Source: Candidatus Bathyarchaeota archaeon
GTDB lineage: Archaea > Thermoproteota > Bathyarchaeia > TCS64
DNA: 64,000 bases
Reading direction: 5' to 3'
Assembly: GCA_963769425.1 (NCBI GenBank)
Contig: CAVYLP010000006.1
Span: 640,001 to 704,000, forward strand
In this document: positions 38,202 to 47,635 of the stretch, piece by piece
Numbering within the stretch: position 1 is the stretch's first letter
How the letters are laid out: every line of letters starts with the position of its first letter
Notes under the pieces: model-generated
Told to the model about the DNA's origin: nothing
What the model saw: the letters and a program-made list of their open reading frames with translations, nothing else
Database searches by the model: none
Program-made: the position numbers and the translations under genes

Positions 38202-41200
38202 TTACTGTGCAGCCTTTCTCTCCGCCCCGCCCCGCATGAAGTCGGTTAGGCTGAACTGCTTCGACAGCTCCTCTGGGACAGCCTCTTCGACGAAGATCTG
38301 GCTGAGTTCGAGCTGGACGAGTTCGAGGCGGTCCACGTAGTATTCGTCCAAGCCGTACTTCTTCACCATGTCGAGGGCGGGTTTCAGGTACTTCTCGATG
38401 CCCCCCCTGTGGACCGTCATCTGTATGGGGCCTCCGCAGCGCTGGCACTTCCCCGCAAGCGGTGGGCGTCTGTATTTCCTGTTGCACTTTGTGCAGCGGA
38501 AGGTCTGGCTCGTGAAGGCGCGGAGGTTTCCGACTATGTCCTTCATGAAGTGGCTGTTCAGGATCTTCAGCGCGACCTGCTTCGCGTCTACCGCGCGGAG
38601 TTTCTGGGCGAGCTCAAGCTGGCTGTCGAGCTTGTCTACCATCGTGGTGAGTGTGTTGTATGCGCCGTGGAAGCTGCCCATGTTTATGTCGCTGCACTCC
38701 TCCGTGTAGCTGAAGCCCTGGAACTGCCCCTCGGTGCCCAATCTGGCCCCGATAGTGTCCACGAGGGCACCGTATTGGCCGCTCCCCGCCCCCTCGGCGC
38801 ACAGCTTGTAGAACTCTGGCGGATAGCTCTCGTTCACGTCAACGTTATGTGCCTCCTTGTCGACCTCGCTGGGGTTGAGGAGGGGGATGACGAAGAGAGG
38901 CGCATCCATCTGGCCGCCGCTCTGCTGTGGGAGGTATGTCTTGCTGAAGTTGAGGAGTGGGTCGAGGGCGAGTAGCACCGCATCCTCGTCGCCGTCGCAG
39001 TTCCTGCGCTTCGCTGCGTGCCAGAGCGGGTGGGCGTACTGGTTTCTGACCCGGGTGAAGCCAACGAGCCTCCCCGAGATCGCCGCGGAGGTATGCGGTG
39101 CGAGCCCCAGCAATAGACATCCTACGAGGTCGCCTCGGCCCTTAGCGTTGTAGAAAGGCTCCATACCGTAGAAGTCGCGGAGCTGATCGTCTAGGAACTT
39201 CGATACCTTGAGGAGGTAGTCGCCGCAGTCCTCAGGGAGGATGACATCCTGCACCTTGAGTTCGAGCATCTGTCCCGAGTCTACGAGGGGTTCCCCGTGG
39301 GTGTCCTTGGTATAACCCAGACTCTTCAGCTTCTCGATGGAGACGCCGACCTCGTCTGGCCTGAAGTGGGTGAGGGGGATGTCGGTTAGGTCGAACCTGA
39401 GGGTGCCGTCCTTGAAGACGCTGAGGTCGTACCGGGCCCTGAGGATGCCCTTGGCGATGTGCTCCGGGGTCCTGGTCTGGTTCATCAGCCTCTTCACGCA
39501 CTTGATGCGTGCCGGGAGCTGGCCGCCGATCATCTTGCGGGCGCTCTCGAGTTCATCCTTGAGGTCTACCTCGACTGAGGCGTATGATACTATCTCGGAG
39601 TGGCACTGCGGGCAGCGCTCCCCCTCGAACCTGAGGCCGCAGCGGCTGCACCTGCGTATCTCCTTCGTCTCGCCGCCGCAGTTCACGCAGACGGCTGCGG
39701 GCCCGATCTCGCCGCAGTCGAGGCACTGGCGCTGGCTGAGCTCGACCCTGATGGTCTTCCCCTTCTCCGCCTTGAGTATATCGCGCTGTGGCCCCCCCGC
39801 CTCGCCGACGGGGTAGAGGCTGTGGACGTACGGGGCCATCCTGCGCTCCTTCGCCTTCTCCGGGCGGCCCATGCGGGCCCCGACGAAGGCCCCCGCCTTC
39901 TCCCTGACGGGGAAGCCTGCGAGGTAGTTCACGACCTCCAGCGGCTTCTCTCCCTTGATCTCGGTGTACCGCTGGTCGAGGCCGAGGGTTTTGGCTAGTA
40001 CGCGGGCGTCCTCACCGAGGTCTAGGCGGCCACCCCTGACCTTGTGGGGGAGTAGTAGATTCTCGAGAGCTACCTTCAACTCGGGTATGTTTGGGTACTC
40101 GGTGGAGTCGGGGCTGTACTCGGTGGCAAGGATGTTCCTGAGGTTTATGACCTCGTCGCGGGTGAGGCTTGACCAGTGGTAGTTCCATCGTGGGTGGATG
40201 GGTACGTCGATTGCGGTTAGAGCGAGAGCCTCGTCAACCGTCGGTCTGTGGAGGGGGCTCGCCTTCAGGTACTCGATCCTCTCGGGGAGGAGCCCCGTGA
40301 GGTTGGCCGACGCGTCGTCCCCGATGCGACGGAGGGCCGCCCTGAGGTCCTGCACGTACTGGTTCTCATCGTACCCAGTGGGGAGGAGGGCCTTGTTGTT
40401 CTGTATGAAGTCCCCCGCGTTGCTGAGGTAGTCGCCGAGGAAGATTATCCTCTCGACGCTTGGGAGGAGGCGGTCAGCCTCGGACTCGGTCTCGACACGC
40501 TGGACGGAGCCGTCCCTTAGCCTTACCACCGGTGGCTCTATCGAGTCGACGGGGCATGTGGCAGCGGATTTACCAGGCAGCTCGGTGCGCATCTGGACAC
40601 CGGTTACGAGGAACTTGTTGAGTATGATCATGGCGGCGGGATGGACGCCGCTTGCGGCGAGGCCCGTGTTCCTCGCTCGCCCGTAGCGAAGGCGGAACCC
40701 GCCGACGGCTCCGGGAAAGCTGAAGACGGGGCGCCCAACGATTATCTCTTCCATGAAAGCGGCGGTGGGCTCCTTCGCCTCCCCCTCTCCCTTCTTCTTC
40801 CTACCCATCTTGAGGAGCCACTCCCAGCCGGTGACCCCAAGCTTGTCGCAGGCGCCGTGAAGCTTCCGGGCGCGGCCAACTACCCCGTCCACGACGACGA
40901 TTAGTGCTCCTCCGCGGAGCCTGTTAGTCTCTATCCCGGCGACGTCTCGGTAGTTACTCACCTCGAACTGGTCTGTTGCGACACCTGTAGCCTCGACGGG
41001 TATCTGGCGTATGGCCGCCTCGAGATCCTCGTCGGTGACGTGGTACTGAAAGCGGCGGACGGTGCGCTCGTAGAGTCGGACCTCTTCGACGAAGCGCTGG
41101 ACCTGGTTCTCGCTTGGCTGATATTTCTCTAGGCCGAGCTTCTTCCTGACATGATCAGCAACAACGAGTGTCATTGCCTGGGCGGTGCCGCCCGCGGGGC

Positions 41201-41639
41201 GGATGGGGCCAGCGAAGTAGAGGCTGAGGTACTGGGTGCGATCCGGGTTGACTTTGATTACTATTTTAGGCAGGCCCTCGATTGGGGCTACGGTGACGCC
41301 CTCAGTCATGATGGCGAGGGCTGTGCGGATCGCCTGGTCGGCCGCTTGCTGTTTCTCGAAGGCTCCGAATCGGCCGAGGGTGATCTCCTCTGCTATCTTG
41401 AAGGCCATTTCTCTGCGGTCCATGCCCTCGAGTTCCCTCATGCGGGCGGTGAGGCCGGGGGGGCCAAGCATCTTCTCAACGCGCTCCGCGATGTCGTGTG
41501 TGATCTGCGCCTCGACCTCCCTGCTCGCGTCGAAACCCTTCGCCCGGGCGGCGCCGGCGACCTCGTAGAGCTTTGCCAGTTTCGCCTCTAGCTCGTCGAA
41601 GTATGCCCTGTTTTCCGGCGTCATGCGGAGCTGGCTCAA
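38202..41639 (-). CDS. polC: DNA polymerase D large subunit DP2
   Basis: 1145 aa. TEGVTVAPIEG, FAGPIRPAGGT, GGFRLRYGR, ARMGRPEKAKER, catalytic KRRNCDGDED, C-terminal Zn finger. No intein. Confidence 0.98.
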   Translation of the reverse strand: MSQLRMTPENRAYFDELEAKLAKLYEVAGAARAKGFDASREVEAQITHDIAERVEKMLGPPGLTARMRELEGMDRREMAFKIAEEITLGRFGAFEKQQAADQAIRTALAIMTEGVTVAPIEGLPKIVIKVNPDRTQYLSLYFAGPIRPAGGTAQAMTLVVADHVRKKLGLEKYQPSENQVQRFVEEVRLYERTVRRFQYHVTDEDLEAAIRQIPVEATGVATDQFEVSNYRDVAGIETNRLRGGALIVVVDGVVGRARKLHGACDKLGVTGWEWLLKMGRKKKGEGEAKEPTAAFMEEIIVGRPVFSFPGAVGGFRLRYGRARNTGLAASGVHPAAMIILNKFLVTGVQMRTELPGKSAATCPVDSIEPPVVRLRDGSVQRVETESEADRLLPSVERIIFLGDYLSNAGDFIQNNKALLPTGYDENQYVQDLRAALRRIGDDASANLTGLLPERIEYLKASPLHRPTVDEALALTAIDVPIHPRWNYHWSSLTRDEVINLRNILATEYSPDSTEYPNIPELKVALENLLLPHKVRGGRLDLGEDARVLAKTLGLDQRYTEIKGEKPLEVVNYLAGFPVREKAGAFVGARMGRPEKAKERRMAPYVHSLYPVGEAGGPQRDILKAEKGKTIRVELSQRQCLDCGEIGPAAVCVNCGGETKEIRRCSRCGLRFEGERCPQCHSEIVSYASVEVDLKDELESARKMIGGQLPARIKCVKRLMNQTRTPEHIAKGILRARYDLSVFKDGTLRFDLTDIPLTHFRPDEVGVSIEKLKSLGYTKDTHGEPLVDSGQMLELKVQDVILPEDCGDYLLKVSKFLDDQLRDFYGMEPFYNAKGRGDLVGCLLLGLAPHTSAAISGRLVGFTRVRNQYAHPLWHAAKRRNCDGDEDAVLLALDPLLNFSKTYLPQQSGGQMDAPLFVIPLLNPSEVDKEAHNVDVNESYPPEFYKLCAEGAGSGQYGALVDTIGARLGTEGQFQGFSYTEECSDINMGSFHGAYNTLTTMVDKLDSQLELAQKLRAVDAKQVALKILNSHFMKDIVGNLRAFTSQTFRCTKCNRKYRRPPLAGKCQRCGGPIQMTVHRGGIEKYLKPALDMVKKYGLDEYYVDRLELVQLELSQIFVEEAVPEELSKQFSLTDFMRGGAERKAAQ

Positions 41640-41669
41640 ATCAAAAGGGTATGGTGCGGAGGTGGATAA

Positions 41670-42422
41670 TTAGGCTTGGGCCCGGAGTGCGGAGGTTATC
41701 TCGCGTATGCGCTCCGTGACCTTCATCTCCTCCTCGACGAGGGTTCCGGTGACGATTATCTGGGCGCCCGCCATCTTCGCGGCGACTGCTGCCCTCGCGT
41801 CCCTGATCCCACCGCCGACGATTAGGGTGCCCTTGCAGTACTTGCGTACCGCGCCGATCATCTGTGGGTACACGGGCTGGGGCGCGCCGGAGCCCGCCTC
41901 AAGGTAGATGTAACGCATGCCGAGTAGTTCGGCAGCGGACGCGTAGGCGACGGCCAGTTCGGGGCGGTCGTATGGGACGACGCGTGCCTGTCCGACGTAG
42001 CCCGCTGCTCCGCCGTAGCCGACGATAATATAGCCCATTGGCATCGTCTCTAGCCCGAGCTTCTTCACCATAGGGGCTCCGATGGCCTGGCTGTCTATGA
42101 GGTAGTAGGTGTTGGAGCTGTTGAGTAGGCTCATGAACCAGATGGCGTCGGCAGCGCCGGTAATGCTGGCGATGTTGTTGGGGAAGATGATGACTGGGAG
42201 CTTGACGGCTGCCTTGATCCTCTTGACGGTGTCCTCCATTTCGACTCCCGAGGCCACGGTGCTCCCGCCCACCATTATGGCGGCGGTTCCGCCTGCCTCC
42301 GCGTCCTTGGCGATGGCGGCGCAGTTATAACCCGACTTCTTCTCGGGGTCGAGGAGGGTCATATGTATGCAGCCCTCCGCCTTGATGCGGTCCTGGATCA
42401 GCTGCTCTACGCAGTTAGGCAA
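41670..42422 (-). CDS. pcrB: Geranylgeranylglyceryl phosphate synthase
   Basis: HMTLLDPEK, IMVGGST, MSLLNS, YLEAGSGA, VGGGIR, IVTGT. Confidence 0.93.
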   Translation of the reverse strand: MPNCVEQLIQDRIKAEGCIHMTLLDPEKKSGYNCAAIAKDAEAGGTAAIMVGGSTVASGVEMEDTVKRIKAAVKLPVIIFPNNIASITGAADAIWFMSLLNSSNTYYLIDSQAIGAPMVKKLGLETMPMGYIIVGYGGAAGYVGQARVVPYDRPELAVAYASAAELLGMRYIYLEAGSGAPQPVYPQMIGAVRKYCKGTLIVGGGIRDARAAVAAKMAGAQIIVTGTLVEEEMKVTERIREITSALRAQA

Positions 42423-42666
42423 CCTTCTGCGTCGCCCCCTCCTCGTAGTACTTGTCGACGAACGTGCTGTATGCGTCGACGGGGGCCGTGTTGGGCTCTA
42501 TGGTTATGCGTCCATGTAGGCCGCAGGCGCTGCAGCGTATGCCGGCGAGGTTGTTCTTGGGGTCGATTGTGACTTTTATGGAGTTCTTGGCGCAGTTGGG
42601 GCAGAGGAACAGCTCGGGCAGAGTCTTCCTTATGATTTTTTCTTCCTTCTTCCTTCTTCTTCCCAT
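42415..42666 (-). CDS. elf1: Transcription elongation factor Elf1-like
   Basis: MGRRRKK...LP..F.CPNC...CSACG...PVDAYSTFVD. Confidence 0.9.
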   Translation of the reverse strand: MGRRRKKEEKIIRKTLPELFLCPNCAKNSIKVTIDPKNNLAGIRCSACGLHGRITIEPNTAPVDAYSTFVDKYYEEGATQKVA

Positions 42667-42699
42667 GGACGTGTCTCCTTTAAGCGTTAACGTAGGGGC

Positions 42700-43494
42700 T
42701 CAGCTTAGTCTTAAGATTGCCGGAAGTGTGCGTTTGTGCTCATTGGCGGCTATCCTCGCTATGATCCCCTCGACGCTCCGTTGATCGACGCACGTCTCCG
42801 AGGCTATACGAGCCGGTGCCCAGCCCTTGAGGTGTGTGTGGACTATGAGGTCTATGCTATCGTAGGGAAGCCCGAGGTCCTTCTCCGTATCCTGCCCAAG
42901 CCAGAGGCGCGCCGATGCGGGCTTCTCCGTTATGCTCGTGGGGACGCCGAGGTACCTGCCTAGGGCGCGGATCTGGCACTTGTAGAGATCCGCGAAGGGC
43001 ATGATATCCACTCCCCCGTCCCCGTACTTCGTGTAATAGCCAAGGTAGAGCTCGGTTTTGTTCGACGTGCCCATCACCATGGCTCTCCGGGTGTTGGCGA
43101 AGTAGTAGGTTAGCAACATCCTGAGGCGGGCTTTCATGTTGCCGTAAGCGATCCTGTCAGATGGGTCGAATCCGGGGATGTTTTCACGCATCACGTGTAA
43201 CATCGGCGTGATTTCGACGTGCTCACACGTGACTCCGACTGTCTCACAGAGGCGTATCACATCGTCGACGTCTGCGTTTGGTGTGATATCACGCTCAGGG
43301 AGGGTCAGCGCGGTGACATTTTCAGGCCCAAAAGCCTTCACTGAGGCGGCTAGTGCTGTAGCCGAGTCTATTCCGCCACTTACAGCAACCACGATGCCTC
43401 TTAATCCCGCCGACTTGATCGTGTTTTGAATAAATTCTGAGATTTTTTCGCTGGTTTTTTGCGGGTCGATATTTAGCTGCTCGATGCCGATCAT
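42700..43494 (-). CDS. nadE: NH3-dependent NAD+ synthetase
   Basis: VSGGIDSA, GNMKARLRM, GTSNKTE, YYTKYGDGG, NEHKR. Confidence 0.96.
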   Translation of the reverse strand: MIGIEQLNIDPQKTSEKISEFIQNTIKSAGLRGIVVAVSGGIDSATALAASVKAFGPENVTALTLPERDITPNADVDDVIRLCETVGVTCEHVEITPMLHVMRENIPGFDPSDRIAYGNMKARLRMLLTYYFANTRRAMVMGTSNKTELYLGYYTKYGDGGVDIMPFADLYKCQIRALGRYLGVPTSITEKPASARLWLGQDTEKDLGLPYDSIDLIVHTHLKGWAPARIASETCVDQRSVEGIIARIAANEHKRTLPAILRLS

Positions 43495-45216
43495 TGGGTT
43501 TCATGTGACGTGGAAGGATTAAATCGTTTCTTTATGTGATTTTTATGATAATTTTAGCTATTTATGCCTTGTTTTTTGCTGATTTGGGAGAATATCAGAT
43601 GTTTGAGCACATGTTACACTAGGAATGGCCTGTTTAGAGGCTGAATCAAAAGATTGATATGGCATACAGTTCTGTATACAATGGTATCATTATGTGATAC
43701 CAATAGATATGGGGCGTGAATGAGTGGAGTCCACTAAAGAGACCCAAAATATGATTCAGAAAGCATTTCAGGACCCAATAACAGACCTGTTACTAAATAA
43801 CAGCAATTTAACGAGGACTCAGTTTGAAACACTCATGATTGACCTATTAATTGACGTAATGTCCGATGAAAAGGTTCCGTTTAAAGATAAGACCTTATTT
43901 AGAACCCATAAGGTTAGTCGAGGTTCATTTAGCCGCACATTAGGGCAAGCTAGGCATAGAGTGATATCTTCAATCTTCACTATAGTCCTCCTTAGCTATG
44001 TAGGAGTCTATGACGCTAAGCCCTTTGAGGAATATCAAAATCTCTCAGAAAAATTGAGAGAATACCTCTCCGAGATCGAGAAGTCTGGTACCAAGTCACC
44101 AGCCCTACTTAGACGAATAGAGGAGGAATTGACTATGGGAATAGAGTCTCTGTCACACCCGACGAAGCTGAAGGTGGTGTGATATCACACTAAATCACAG
44201 ATGTTAGGGCAATACAGGATTGGCCTAAGGAGGATCCCCCGTCGCCTAACGGCGTTTTGGTGTTCGTCAACACATCTAATCCTGTTTTTTCGACGTTTTT
44301 GATGATTCTCTGCGAAATGTTTCTGTTGACTAGCACACCACCCGAGATCGCTATTATATTGATGTCCTCTGCTCTGGCTACATCTATAGCCATCTCTGAA
44401 ATACCATCGGCTAAATATTTCTGTACAAAAGCCGCAATATCTTCTTTTTTAAGGGTATTTTTGTTATCTATTAGATATTTAAGCATATTTGCAGTTTTTA
44501 ACTCATAAATACGGTTATTATTCTCTATTTGAGGCTCATATTTTACCGTCTCTGGGCTACCTTTTTCCGCTAAGGATTCTAGTCTCATAGCTGGCTCACC
44601 TTCGTAAGTTCTGTAATAAGTTAAACCTAGTAAAGAGGCGACCGAGTCAAGTAATCTGCCCGAGCTAGAGGTTTTTAGGACGTTTTTAACCCTCGACTGC
44701 TTGATAATCAAGTCGCGTTCATCTAAACCGTTAGGTAACGCTTCTTCTATGTGATTTTCTGTGATATCACGCAACTCATTATCGCTTAGTACGGTGGAAA
44801 GGGCTGCGATAAGCATTCTATAGGGGTACATCGCACATAGGTCTCCTCCCGGCATGGGTAGATACTCAAGCTGACCGGTCCGTTTATAGTCTGAATAGGT
44901 CGAAATTAGCACTTCTCCACCCCAGATCGCTCCATCTGGCCCATATCCCGCACCATCTAGGGCTATCCCGACGACGTTCTCATCCGGCTTTACGCCATTC
45001 TCAGCGCACACGGAGACTATATGGGCGTGATGATGCTGTGACCTTGTGATTTCCACGCCCATCTCTTGTGATATCACTCCCGCCAACTGTGATGTCATGT
45101 AACCGGGATGCTGGTCACAGGCTATCACATCGGGGTTACGTGTGATTCTGAGGATGTCACGCAAGGCGTGGATGGCGCTTTTCTCGTATTCCAAGGTCTC
45201 TAGGTTGGTTATGTCA
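43283..45216. repeat. Dispersed cluster of GTGATATCAC palindromes
   Basis: Perfect copies at 43283, 44179 (within the 14-bp GTGTGATATCACAC at 44177-44190), 44761 and 45068. Near copies at 43961, 45089 and ~45208, plus many TGTGAT/ATCACA half-sites. Confidence 0.85.
43724..44182 (+). CDS. Uncharacterised helical protein, possible HTH-type DNA-binding protein
   Basis: 152 aa. LLLNNSNLTRTQFETL followed by KVSRGSFSRTLGQARHRV resembles a sigma-R4/LuxR-like HTH arrangement. Confidence 0.75.
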   Translation: MESTKETQNMIQKAFQDPITDLLLNNSNLTRTQFETLMIDLLIDVMSDEKVPFKDKTLFRTHKVSRGSFSRTLGQARHRVISSIFTIVLLSYVGVYDAKPFEEYQNLSEKLREYLSEIEKSGTKSPALLRRIEEELTMGIESLSHPTKLKVV

Positions 45217-46514
45217 CCAAGGTATTGGGTCTGGTAGCATTTCCCGTCTAGCGTGACCGAGGCTGCGTTACTTTGCTCCGTACCAACTGCGAAAGATATG
45301 CCCTTTTTAATGGGTATTTCAACAGGATCGGGCACATAACCACGCGATCTCCTCACAAAGGCCACACGCCCATCGTTGACGCGCATGAGGGAGTCGTCGC
45401 ACCTGTTCACTATCTCCCTGTTGTGGACGAGGAAATAGTCGGCAACGCCCCTAAGGTCACTGAGGGCGTCCTTGTTCGTTATAGCCATGGGCAACCCAGA
45501 CCTGTTACCGCTCGTCATGACGAGGGCCAGACCGTCAAGCCTCTTGAAGAGCATCACCTGTATCCCAGTGTAGGGGAGCATCACGCCGACACGACTCAAC
45601 CCCGGCGCGACGAGATCGGAGATCTCTCCGCTCCGCCTCTTTACGAGGACTATCGGCTTCTGCCAGGAGACCAGCGCCCTCAACTCGTAGATGTCGGGGG
45701 AGGCGAAGCTCTTCACGGCCGCGAGGTCAGGAGCCATGAGGGCGAAGGGCTGGTACGGTCTGTTCTTACGGGCCCTCAACTTCTCGACTGGGCCATCCTC
45801 GGTGGCGAAGGCAGCGAGGTGGAATCCACCGATCCCCTTGACAGCAACAATGCTCCCTTCCCTCAGCAGCTTCGCCACCTCCGCGAAGACGTCGCTGACT
45901 TTTATCTCCACCCCAGAGGCGTCCAGCAGGCTCATCTTGGGGCCGCAGATGCTGCAGGTTATTCCCTGCGCGTCGAATCGCCTGTCGAGTGGGTTCCTGT
46001 AGTCGCTCTGACAGTGCCTGCACATGGGGAAGGCGTCCATATGTGTCCTCTCCCTGTCGTAGGGTAGGGACCTGACCCCGGTGAACCGTGGGCCGCACCA
46101 GGCGCAGGCCGTGAAGGGGTACTCGAACCACCGTCCCCCCTTGTCCTCCATGTCCCTGAGGCAATCGGGGCAGATCCCGATGTCGGGCGGGAAGATGCCC
46201 GAAGCGGCGTCCCTGCCGCTCCTGCTACGGTCAATGACGAACTCTGTGAACCTACCCCTGTAGGGTCTGTAAGAAGAGTGTATCCCAGTGATCTCGGATA
46301 CGGGCGGCGCCTCCGCTTGTATCGACTTGATGAATGCCTCCACGTTCTCGGTTGGGCCCTCGACGACGGCTTCGACCCCCGCGTCCCCGAGGTTTATGAC
46401 GTATCCCCTGAGCCCGTGGCGGACCGCCAGACGGTAGATGAAAGGGCGGAAGCCCACGCCCTGCACCCTGCCGGTCACGTGGACCTCGGCCTCGACGCTG
46501 CCCGGGGAGCCCAA
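44190..46514 (-). CDS. hypF: [NiFe]-hydrogenase maturation carbamoyltransferase
   Basis: GRVQGVGFRPF, two CxxC-x18-CxxC fingers, KGIGGFHL, DQHPGY, QHHHAH, DGAGYG, GDGGSSLGQ. Confidence 0.97.
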   Translation of the reverse strand: MGSPGSVEAEVHVTGRVQGVGFRPFIYRLAVRHGLRGYVINLGDAGVEAVVEGPTENVEAFIKSIQAEAPPVSEITGIHSSYRPYRGRFTEFVIDRSRSGRDAASGIFPPDIGICPDCLRDMEDKGGRWFEYPFTACAWCGPRFTGVRSLPYDRERTHMDAFPMCRHCQSDYRNPLDRRFDAQGITCSICGPKMSLLDASGVEIKVSDVFAEVAKLLREGSIVAVKGIGGFHLAAFATEDGPVEKLRARKNRPYQPFALMAPDLAAVKSFASPDIYELRALVSWQKPIVLVKRRSGEISDLVAPGLSRVGVMLPYTGIQVMLFKRLDGLALVMTSGNRSGLPMAITNKDALSDLRGVADYFLVHNREIVNRCDDSLMRVNDGRVAFVRRSRGYVPDPVEIPIKKGISFAVGTEQSNAASVTLDGKCYQTQYLGDITNLETLEYEKSAIHALRDILRITRNPDVIACDQHPGYMTSQLAGVISQEMGVEITRSQHHHAHIVSVCAENGVKPDENVVGIALDGAGYGPDGAIWGGEVLISTYSDYKRTGQLEYLPMPGGDLCAMYPYRMLIAALSTVLSDNELRDITENHIEEALPNGLDERDLIIKQSRVKNVLKTSSSGRLLDSVASLLGLTYYRTYEGEPAMRLESLAEKGSPETVKYEPQIENNNRIYELKTANMLKYLIDNKNTLKKEDIAAFVQKYLADGISEMAIDVARAEDINIIAISGGVLVNRNISQRIIKNVEKTGLDVLTNTKTPLGDGGSSLGQSCIALTSVI

Positions 46515-46644
46515 ACCGATTCACAGCTATGAGGCGACTCGATTATTAAACGATGAGTCCCAGACTCCCTCACGCAGTGAGAGCAACCAAAGGATAAAAA
46601 AGCCAGACCGGTGACATTCACATGAGAGCATAGTCGGCGATACC

Positions 46645-47313
46645 TTGGATCTCACGATAACCGCGGCCGCCCTATTACTAGTCACCGTAGTCGCCTCCAT
46701 CATCTTTTACCGCAGGATAAAGGAGGCGACATCCGAGTACAACGGCGCTAAGGAGTTCGTCCACAACTTAACCTTCGGCTTCACCCGCCAGGTCAACCAC
46801 CTTCAGCAGGACGTAGCTAAGGCCGAGAATGAGGCGACGACGGCCAAGATCGTTGCGTCTGAAGCCCTGAGGAACAGTGGCGAGGCGAAGGAGGCGACCC
46901 TCAAGGGCCTCGAGGCCGTGAAGACCATCCAGAGCCGTGTAGACTCCACCGAGTCTGAGGTCGATTCCATTAGGAGGGAGGTCCAGAAGCTCGCCGCCGC
47001 CCCGAAGCAGCGCGTGGTCGTACGCCAGGACATAGCAGCCCCAATCCCCGTACAGCAGGGCAATATACTAGCGCAGCTGACGGAGACCGAGCTGAGCGCT
47101 CTCAAGAAGATTGCTGAGCTCGGCGAGGGGGCTGTCCCTGAGATCAAGGAGCACCTCGGCACCACCCGTGAGCACACAGCGCGTACACTCAAGAAGCTCT
47201 ACGAGTCCGGCTTCGTTGACCGCAGCACCAACGCCATGCCCTACCGCTACAGCGTCCGTAAGGAGATACGCGACCTCATCCAGCAACAGCCGGAGCAGAA
47301 GCCGACGCTGTAG
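46645..47313 (+). CDS. Membrane-anchored coiled-coil protein with C-terminal winged-helix (MarR-like) domain
   Basis: N-terminal TM (ITAAALLLVTVVASIIFY), heptad-rich middle, LTETELSALKKI...TREHTARTLKKLYESGFVDR...PYRYSV. Confidence 0.85.
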   Translation: MDLTITAAALLLVTVVASIIFYRRIKEATSEYNGAKEFVHNLTFGFTRQVNHLQQDVAKAENEATTAKIVASEALRNSGEAKEATLKGLEAVKTIQSRVDSTESEVDSIRREVQKLAAAPKQRVVVRQDIAAPIPVQQGNILAQLTETELSALKKIAELGEGAVPEIKEHLGTTREHTARTLKKLYESGFVDRSTNAMPYRYSVRKEIRDLIQQQPEQKPTL

Positions 47314-47600
47314 AACCCCCTGCCCTAAAAGAGGGGAGGGGGTCAAAAACCAAGCCCAAAATCAGCCTTTTTCAGCCGGGTGAACCCGAAAAACACGCTG
47401 ATTGTTTCTGATTATGTACCAAAACGTGCATTTAAGTCATACATTCAGCGAATGATTTACGCTGATCCTCCGTCGCCAAAGAAAACCAAAAAAAGGTCCC
47501 AAACGCGAAAAACCGAGAAATTAGGAGGAAACGCGACGGCGGCGAAGGTACCCCCTTCCCCAACGTTCACGCACGTGGAGACACACCCACACAGCCGAGC
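47314..47600. other. oriC-like intergenic region (inward-facing G-strings flanking an A/T-tract-rich core)
   Basis: GGGGAGGGGGT at 47333-47343 and ACCCCCTTCCCC at 47550-47561, upstream of the DP1 operon. ORB dyads are degenerate. Confidence 0.4.
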
Positions 47601-47635
47601 AGCCTTTATACCCCCAAACCCACCACAGATACGAA

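Noticed and set aside
38202-41639. Intein in DP2
   Set aside because: The length is ordinary, the KRRNCDGDED region is uninterrupted, and there is no LAGLIDADG motif.
43283-45216. CRP/FNR-type operator explanation for the TGTGA...TCACA palindromes
   Set aside because: The spacer is 2 bp rather than 6, and most copies are intragenic, far from promoters.
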